From a virus (Duplodnaviria; Caudoviricetes): DNA of 25,963 nt. The notes beneath the pieces were generated by a model. That model had not been told where the DNA came from. It ran no database searches and saw only the letters and a list, made by a program, of their open reading frames with translations. The DNA lies in the IMG/VR virus record IMGVR_UViG_3300036783_000247, positions 1-25,963 of that record, one strand, 5' to 3'. Both the position numbers and the translations under genes were made by a program. Below are positions 15,709-22,164 of this stretch, one piece after another (positions within the stretch are counted from its first letter, which is position 1; the number at the start of each line of letters is the position of its first letter).

Positions 15709-16023
15709 GTGACCGCCGAGCAGCCCGGCGCGCCTGCCGATTCCGCGGCGTCCACAACGGACGCAGTCTCCAGCGCCGAGGTCCGCCACGTCATCATCCG
15801 CGCCTGCACCACATGCGGCGCACGACGGCAGCCCGACGAACCGTGCACCGGCTGCGGCAACGAGAACCCGCCAGTGGTCGACGACCTCGGCATCGTCACC
15901 GCGGTGTACCGCGACCCCGTTCGGCGAGCGGTCTGGCGCCTGGTGCGCAAACCCCTGGCTGACCGCCGAATCCGGCGCGCGAACGCGCGCGCATCACAGC
16001 TGCAGCGCACACGCGAGGAGTGA
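15709..16023 (+). CDS. Small Zn-ribbon protein (104 aa)
   Basis: GGAGGAG RBS; CTTC...CTGC; Arg-rich C-terminus. Confidence 0.65.
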   Translation: MTAEQPGAPADSAASTTDAVSSAEVRHVIIRACTTCGARRQPDEPCTGCGNENPPVVDDLGIVTAVYRDPVRRAVWRLVRKPLADRRIRRANARASQLQRTREE

Positions 16024-16029
16024 TTTGCG

Positions 16030-16683
16030 TTGGCAAACACGGTTGTCGTCACTTCGAAGGGCCGTGAGGTCATTGCCAATCGCATGATCGGCACCTCACC
16101 GTCGCAGGCAGAGCCCAAGATCCTCGGCTGGGGAACCGGCGGCATCGCCGGCGGCCCGTTCACCGCCGCCGTCACCGACGTCGCCGCGTTCACCGAGGCC
16201 GCCGAAGCCCGCGTGACCGGGTCGTCCTCTGTGGTCACCACGACCACCACGAACGACACCTACCAGATCACCGGCACCATCACGTCGCTGTCCGGTCAGA
16301 CCATCGCCGAGGTGCTGCTCTCCGACGCCTCAACCAAGCCCTTCACCACCACCGTGGCGGCCGGCGGTGTTGTCGGCTCCAGCTCGGCCACCACGCTCAA
16401 CACGGCGGCCAGCTACACGCCGGCGAACAACACCTACGTGCAGATCCGCACCGAGGTTATGCAGGTGACGGCCGGCACCGGCACCACCGCGCTGACCGTG
16501 ACCCGCGGCGCCAACGGCTCGACGGCGATCGCCACGATCGCGGCGGCGGACACTGTTACACTCGGAAATGCGCCTGGCACGTCTACGGCGAATGCGACGC
16601 TTTACCTCCATGCCAGTTTCACTGGATTGGCTTTGAATACCAACGATTCCATCTCAAGCACTATCCAGGTCAAGCACAGCTAG
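16030..16683 (+). CDS. Putative collar/fibre-attachment virion protein
   Basis: 'VVTSKGREVIA...GWGTG...TDVA.FTE..EARV...TIAEV.L.DA...' resembles tail-collar fibre N-domains; internal 'TEVMQVTA...LTVTRGANGSTA' module. Confidence 0.6.
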   Translation: MANTVVVTSKGREVIANRMIGTSPSQAEPKILGWGTGGIAGGPFTAAVTDVAAFTEAAEARVTGSSSVVTTTTTNDTYQITGTITSLSGQTIAEVLLSDASTKPFTTTVAAGGVVGSSSATTLNTAASYTPANNTYVQIRTEVMQVTAGTGTTALTVTRGANGSTAIATIAAADTVTLGNAPGTSTANATLYLHASFTGLALNTNDSISSTIQVKHS

Positions 16684-16741
16684 TTTACCGGATCTGCGCT
16701 AAACAGAGGTGCGAACCGACCCCTGAGCAATCAAGGGGGCC

Positions 16742-18607
16742 GTGGTGGCGAGGTTCGGCAGGTCGTTCCCCGGACGCGTCATCATCCGTCGCGGCTTGGT
16801 CTCGGCTGGCGGCAGCACGAACTACCCGTTGACCCTCACCGTCACGTTGGCGCTCGCGCCAACGCTCACGCGCACGGTCGGCAAGTCGTTGCCCGGCTCG
16901 GTCACCACCACGCCGGTGCTGACTCGACAGGTGGGGCGTCGGCTGGCCGGCACGGCGAGCACGACCTGCGTGGTGACGCGGCAGCCGGGCAAGCAGTTGA
17001 CCGGCGGGATCGTCACGACCGGCGCGCTGGGCTGGCAGTCCGGGAAGTCGTTGCCGGCCACGGTGTCCACCACGGGCGGCCTGCAGCGGGCGCTGTCCCG
17101 CCAGGTCGCCGCCGTGGTGAGCCTGACGGGCGTGCTGGCCCGGGCGGTGGGGAAGCCGTTGCCGGGCTCGGTGGTCACGACCGGCTCGGTCGGACGGGCG
17201 CTGGGCAAGCAGCTCGGCGCGGTGGCGACGACGACGGGCCTGCTGCAGCGGGCGTTGAGCCGGACACTGGCCGGAGTGGCCTCGACCGTGCCGGCTCTGC
17301 AGCGCAGCGTGGCTCGCACCTTGGCCACGACGGTGACGTTGACGGCGACCGCGCTGGTGATCAAGACGATCTTGCGGGTGTTCACCGCGACGATGGCCGC
17401 CACTGGCACACTGGCTCGACAGGTAGGCAAGTCGCTGCCGGTCACGCTGTCCACTGTTGCGGTTGTGCGCCGTGCTGTGGGCAAATTGACCGCCGGACAG
17501 TCGATCCTCACCGCGGCGCACGGCCGCCAGGTGGGCAAGGTCGCGCCGGCGTCGCTGACCACGTCGGCTGTGTTCGTGCGGGAGGCGGGCCTGCTGCTGG
17601 CCACGGTGGGGGTCACCACCGGTAGTGCGCAGCGGGCCCTTGCGCGGACGGCAGTCGGCGTGGTCAGCCTGAGCGGGGCAACGTCGCGGCAGGCGGGCCG
17701 GGCGTTGTCCACCTCGGTCACAACCACTGGCGCGCTGTCGCGGCAGGTGGGTCGCCAGCTGGCGGCGACGGTGTCGACCAACGCCACGATCTTGGCGATC
17801 AAGGCGTTCCTGCTGTCGCTGGCCACCTCGATCACCGGCACCGGCGTGCTGCAGCGCACGGTCGGCAAGGTCGCGCCGGCGACGGCCAGCGCCATCGGCG
17901 TGCTCGGCCGGGCGTTGGGCAAGCAGTTGCCCGCGGTCGAGGTCACCGCGCCGGTGCTGCAGCGGGGCGTGACGCGGACGATGTCCGCCGGCGTGACGAC
18001 GACGGCCTCGGCCTCGGTGCTCAAGGCGACCCTGCGGCTGTTCACCGCGACCGTCAGCACCACGGCGGCCGTGGCGCGGACGCTGAACCGTCCATTGCAG
18101 ACCGTTGTGGCGTCTACGGCCACGGTGGTGCGCCAGGTGGGGGCCACCCGGGCCGTCAGCGTGGCGATCACGGCGTCCGGCAGCTTCAGTCGGGCCGCGC
18201 TGCTCGCGCTGGCCACCGCGGTCACCACGGCTGCGGGCATCGGCCGGTCGGTTGGCGTGCCGCTGGCCACGGCGGTGTCGGCGACGGCCACACAGGCGCG
18301 CACGGTCGGCAAGCAGCTCGCTGTCTCGGTGGGTCTGGCGCCGAGCAGGCGCGCGCAGCTGCCGCGGCAGTTCCTGGCCACGGTGCAGGTCACGCCGACA
18401 GCGTCGGTGGCGCGCCGGTTCGGATTGGCGTTGGCGGCGGTGGTGTCGACGGTGTCGACGGGCCTGTTCGCGCAGGCGGCGTCGGCGATCAACGTGACGG
18501 TCACCGCGGGTGCTGCCTACCTGAAGTGGGTGGCCCTGTTGGGCGCCAGGCGGTTCAAGACCGACTCGGCGGTGCGTAAGTGGGCTGAAGGGGAGGGCGA
18601 CCTGTGA
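16742..18607 (+). CDS. Fibre-like protein with about 29 tandem 18-aa repeats
   Basis: Repeats such as LTRTVGKSLPGSVTTTPV / LARAVGKPLPGSVVTTGS / LQRTVGKVAPATASAIGV; RBS AAGGGGG. Confidence 0.75.
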   Translation: MVARFGRSFPGRVIIRRGLVSAGGSTNYPLTLTVTLALAPTLTRTVGKSLPGSVTTTPVLTRQVGRRLAGTASTTCVVTRQPGKQLTGGIVTTGALGWQSGKSLPATVSTTGGLQRALSRQVAAVVSLTGVLARAVGKPLPGSVVTTGSVGRALGKQLGAVATTTGLLQRALSRTLAGVASTVPALQRSVARTLATTVTLTATALVIKTILRVFTATMAATGTLARQVGKSLPVTLSTVAVVRRAVGKLTAGQSILTAAHGRQVGKVAPASLTTSAVFVREAGLLLATVGVTTGSAQRALARTAVGVVSLSGATSRQAGRALSTSVTTTGALSRQVGRQLAATVSTNATILAIKAFLLSLATSITGTGVLQRTVGKVAPATASAIGVLGRALGKQLPAVEVTAPVLQRGVTRTMSAGVTTTASASVLKATLRLFTATVSTTAAVARTLNRPLQTVVASTATVVRQVGATRAVSVAITASGSFSRAALLALATAVTTAAGIGRSVGVPLATAVSATATQARTVGKQLAVSVGLAPSRRAQLPRQFLATVQVTPTASVARRFGLALAAVVSTVSTGLFAQAASAINVTVTAGAAYLKWVALLGARRFKTDSAVRKWAEGEGDL

Positions 18608-18909
18608 TCAGCCTGTCGTCACTGTCCACTGAGTACGTGCGAGTGCCGGTGTCCGCGGCGGTCAACAACGCCCCGTACAACCCGACCGGGGACGTGGTGC
18701 AGTTCGCGTTCACCACCGGAGCCAACCCCGCCGGTGGCGACTGGCATCCGGGCGTGTGGGACAGCGTGAACGCCCCGTACGTGGCGCAGTGCCTGGTCGG
18801 GCCGGGCGGGGGAGTGGCGTTGACGGTGGGAACGTGGGTCATCTGGATCAAGATCACGGACAACCCTGAGGTGCCGGTGCGGTCTGTGGGCCAGCTGTCG
18901 ATCACCTGA
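18604..18909 (+). CDS. Small Ig-like virion-associated protein (101 aa)
   Basis: GTGA coupling to the repeat gene; beta-rich 'CLVGPGGGVALTVGTWVIWIKITDNPEVPV'. Confidence 0.7.
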   Translation: MISLSSLSTEYVRVPVSAAVNNAPYNPTGDVVQFAFTTGANPAGGDWHPGVWDSVNAPYVAQCLVGPGGGVALTVGTWVIWIKITDNPEVPVRSVGQLSIT

Positions 18910-18962
18910 GGGTCACGTGGCCCTCCCCGGACTACACACTCACCCCGGGGAGGGCTGCCACG

Positions 18963-19343
18963 ATGGTCGAGACGCACCCTCACGTTCCGCACCCGAGGCT
19001 GCTGCTGGTGACCCAGCGCTCGCGGCTGGCCCGGTTCAGCGCCGCGGTCGGAGGGGTGGCCTCGACCGTGCTGGGGTCGATGGCGCTGTTCTGGGTGACG
19101 TTCCTGGTGCCGCTGTTGACGGTGCCGGCGCCGGACAGCGTGAAGCTGCTGGTGAGCATCGTGTTCAGCAGCTGGTTTCAGGCCTGGGCGCTGCCGATCC
19201 TGCAGCACGCCGCGAACCAGGCCGAGCTGCAGCGCGCGGCGAAGGCCGACGCCGACCACATCGCGCTGACCTCCCTGCATCACAAGGTCGACCAGCTGCT
19301 GCGTGTCTACGCGGTGCGCCCGAGAGGAGATCGATCCGAATGA
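18963..19343 (+). CDS. Two-TM membrane protein, DUF1003-like
   Basis: Two hydrophobic segments, then 'QAWALPILQHAANQAE...KADADH'. Confidence 0.55.
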   Translation: MVETHPHVPHPRLLLVTQRSRLARFSAAVGGVASTVLGSMALFWVTFLVPLLTVPAPDSVKLLVSIVFSSWFQAWALPILQHAANQAELQRAAKADADHIALTSLHHKVDQLLRVYAVRPRGDRSE

Positions 19344-19498
19344 CGCTGCTGAGCCCCGTGCTCCTGCTCGCGCTGGGAGCGTTCCTCGGCTTCCTCGGCC
19401 TGGCGCTGGGCGGCCGCGCGTCGCAAGCGCTGGTGATCGTCGCCGCTGTGCTGACCGGCATCTCGCTGCTGTTCATGGTTGTGGCGGGCCACGCCTGA
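19340..19498 (+). CDS. 52-aa two-TM membrane protein (possibly holin-like)
   Basis: GAGGAG RBS; coupled at both ends (ATGA, TGATG); almost entirely hydrophobic. Confidence 0.6.
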   Translation: MTLLSPVLLLALGAFLGFLGLALGGRASQALVIVAAVLTGISLLFMVVAGHA

Positions 19499-20184
19499 TG
19501 GGTCTGCTGACCGGCCTGGAGCGGGTGGCGCTCGACTCGATCGAGGTGCACCCGGCCAACCCGCGCCGCGGGGATGTGGCGGCGATCGCGCAGTCGTTGA
19601 CGCGCAACGGGCAGTTCGCGCCGGTCGTGGTGCAGGCCTGCTCGCGGTTCGTGTTGGCCGGCAACCACACCGTGCTGGCCGCGCGGTCGTTGGGCTGGAC
19701 CGAGATCGACGCGGTGCTCGTGGATGTCGACGAGCCGGCGGCGTATCGGATCATGTTGGCGGCGAATCGGACGCAGGAGCTCGGCGGCTACGACACTGAC
19801 GCCTTGGCGGAGCTGCTGTCCTATCTGGACGATGACCTGATCGGCTCGGGTTACACCGAGCGTGACATCCAGGCGTTGATCGCCCCGCCGCCGGAGTGGG
19901 ACGACGAGCACGCCATCACCGCGGTCACCGACCCGTCCGGCGCGCTGCCCGACGCCGAGGACGACGAGGTCGACGGCGCGTCGGCGGATGGGCGTCCCGC
20001 CGGGCGGGAGTACGACCCGGCCACGTCGGGCGGCGACTACATGCAGCTGGCGTGGCTGGTGCCCGCCGCGGATTGCGACACGGTCCGCGCCGCGCTCGGT
20101 GCGGCCCGCACCACCTACGGACTGGACACCGCCGGCGAGGCGCTGGTGGCGATCGCTCGGGACTGGCTGGCCAACAACAGGTAG
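19498..20184 (+). CDS. ParB/Srx N-terminal domain protein
   Basis: 'HPANPRRGDVAAIAQSLTRNGQFAPVVV...VLAGNHTVLAARSLGW...LAANRTQELGGYD'; common just upstream of terminases. Confidence 0.85.
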   Translation: MGLLTGLERVALDSIEVHPANPRRGDVAAIAQSLTRNGQFAPVVVQACSRFVLAGNHTVLAARSLGWTEIDAVLVDVDEPAAYRIMLAANRTQELGGYDTDALAELLSYLDDDLIGSGYTERDIQALIAPPPEWDDEHAITAVTDPSGALPDAEDDEVDGASADGRPAGREYDPATSGGDYMQLAWLVPAADCDTVRAALGAARTTYGLDTAGEALVAIARDWLANNR

Positions 20185-20204
20185 CGCGCGGGGAGGTGGT
20201 CCCC

Positions 20205-20660
20205 GTGGGGCGTCTTCCCGCCAGCCTCGACCGGCAGACCAAGGCGGTCGCGCTGCGGCTGGCCGGCTTGGACTTTCAGGCGATCGCCAGCCAGCTCGGC
20301 TACTCCAACCGCGGTCAGGCCGTGGCTGATGTGCAGAAGGCGATCTCGGCTCGTGTTGAGGACGGCACGCGGTCGATCGACGAGTTGCGGGAGATCGAGC
20401 TGCTGCGGTTGGACCGGTTGCAGGCGGCGACGTGGTCGACGGCGTTGTCCGGCGATCACAAGGCGATCGACCAGACGCTGAAGATCATCGATCGGCGTTG
20501 CAAGCTGCTCGGTCTGGATGCGCCGGAGCGTCACGAGGTGGTGACCATTGACTGGCTCGACTCCCAGATCCGAGAACTTCAGGCCGTCATCGCTTCAAGG
20601 CTTGCGGATGCAGCGCCTGCAGCAATTGAAGGCTTTGCAGGACGAGTTGAATCGGATTGA
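20205..20660 (+). CDS. terS: Terminase small subunit (HTH type)
   Basis: GGGAGG RBS, GTG 20205; 'AVALRLAGLDFQAIASQLGY...ELLRLDRLQ...LKIIDRRCKLLGLDAP'; overlaps terL. Confidence 0.75.
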   Translation: MGRLPASLDRQTKAVALRLAGLDFQAIASQLGYSNRGQAVADVQKAISARVEDGTRSIDELREIELLRLDRLQAATWSTALSGDHKAIDQTLKIIDRRCKLLGLDAPERHEVVTIDWLDSQIRELQAVIASRLADAAPAAIEGFAGRVESD

Positions 20661-22164
20661 GGCGCGCCGTCTGTCCCAGGTGGACGTGTTCGGGTCGCTG
20701 GAGTATGAGCCGACGCCGCGGCAGCAGGAGTTCCACGACGCAACCGAGTTCGACACGCTTTTCGGGGGCGCGGCCGGCGGCGGCAAGACCAAGGCGCTTG
20801 TCATGCATGCGATCCGGGAGTGCGTGCGCTACCCGGGGATCCGTGTCGGCGCGTTCCGCCGCACCTACGGCGAGCTGAAGGAGTCGCTGCTCGCGGAGCT
20901 CGCGTTGACCGGCTACGCCAAGGCGTTGGACGCGGTGTGGAAGGGCAGCGACTACGAGCTGCGCTTCCCCAACGGCAGCCTGATCATGTTCCGCTACGCC
21001 GAGACCATGGCCGACGCGACCCGCCGCCTGGGCGGTCAGTACCAGCTGCTGCTGTTCGACGAGCGCACGTTGACCAACCCCGACGTCGTGTCCTTTCTGG
21101 AGTCCCGCATGCGGTCCGGCCGCGCGGACATCCCTGTGCTCGGCATCCGCAGCGCCACGAACCCGGGCGGCCCGGGCCACACCGCGGTCAAGGACCGTTA
21201 CATCAAGCCGACGAACTACGGCGAGAAGGTCATCATCGACCAGCGTGGCCGCGAGGTCCGCTTCATTCCGTCGAAGCTCACGGACAACCCGCACGTCAAT
21301 GCCGAGTACGCCTCGGACCTGCTGGCGCTGCCGGAGAAGCTCCGCGCGGCCTATTTGGACGGCGACTGGGATGTGTTCGCCGGCCAGATGTTTCCGGAGT
21401 GGTCCCGCGACCGGCATGTGGTCGCACCGCGGCAGCTGCCGGCGACGTGGCGGCGGTACGCCGGCGTCGACTGGGGTTACGCCGCGCCGTGGGCCGTGGT
21501 GTGGGCGGCGGTCGACGAGGACGGTCGGGTGTGGGTGTACCGGGAGGCCTACGCGAAAGAGGTCGGCGAGGCCGACCAGGCCCGACGGATCCTCGCCGCC
21601 GAGAACGGCGAGTACGTCACCGCCCGCTACGCCGACGATGCGATGTGGGCCACCCGCGGTGACGCGCTGCCGATCGCGCAGGTCTACCAGGAAAACGGAT
21701 GCGCTCTGACGCCAGCCGGCAAGGGCCCGGGAAGCCGTGTCACCGGCTGGCAGCGCATCCACTCCTACCTGGCGGAGGCCCCGGCGTGCCGGGAGCACCG
21801 CGACCTGGGTTGGGAGACCTGCCCGCGGCTGCACGCGTTCAACAACCTGGAGCGGTTCGCCACCGGCATCGCCGACCTGCCGCACTCGCCGACCGGCAAC
21901 CCGGAGGACGCCGACACCCGCGCAGACGACCATGTTGCCGACGCAACTAGGTATCTGTTGATCAACATCGGCGGAGAGGCCCGCTGGCACTTCCCGTCGT
22001 TCGGGCCGGCGCAGCAGACCGGGCCGCGCACGATCGACCCGCAAGCACCCGACCCTGACTCCGCACTGTTGCCGCCGAAGCCGCTACCGACCGAGTACGG
22101 CGGATTCCCCGTGCTCAACCAGTCGGCGAATCCATGGGAGGCGGGCAATCCGTGGGCTGGCTGA
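20608..22164 (+). CDS. terL: Terminase large subunit
   Basis: Q-motif PTPRQQEF; Walker A GGAAGGGKT; Walker B LLLFDE; coupling motif ATNPGGPGH; nuclease GVDWG...DDHVADATRY. Start uncertain (20548 or 20608). Confidence 0.95.
   Translation: MQRLQQLKALQDELNRIEARRLSQVDVFGSLEYEPTPRQQEFHDATEFDTLFGGAAGGGKTKALVMHAIRECVRYPGIRVGAFRRTYGELKESLLAELALTGYAKALDAVWKGSDYELRFPNGSLIMFRYAETMADATRRLGGQYQLLLFDERTLTNPDVVSFLESRMRSGRADIPVLGIRSATNPGGPGHTAVKDRYIKPTNYGEKVIIDQRGREVRFIPSKLTDNPHVNAEYASDLLALPEKLRAAYLDGDWDVFAGQMFPEWSRDRHVVAPRQLPATWRRYAGVDWGYAAPWAVVWAAVDEDGRVWVYREAYAKEVGEADQARRILAAENGEYVTARYADDAMWATRGDALPIAQVYQENGCALTPAGKGPGSRVTGWQRIHSYLAEAPACREHRDLGWETCPRLHAFNNLERFATGIADLPHSPTGNPEDADTRADDHVADATRYLLINIGGEARWHFPSFGPAQQTGPRTIDPQAPDPDSALLPPKPLPTEYGGFPVLNQSANPWEAGNPWAG

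Noticed and set aside
16822-18504. 560-aa minus-strand Thr/Val/Ala-rich ORF
   Set aside because: Mirror of the repeat gene; the plus strand has the RBS and translational coupling.
19498-20184. Plasmid partition ParB or DNA methyltransferase fusion
   Set aside because: Only the ParB/Srx N-domain is present; no ParA neighbour and no MTase motifs.
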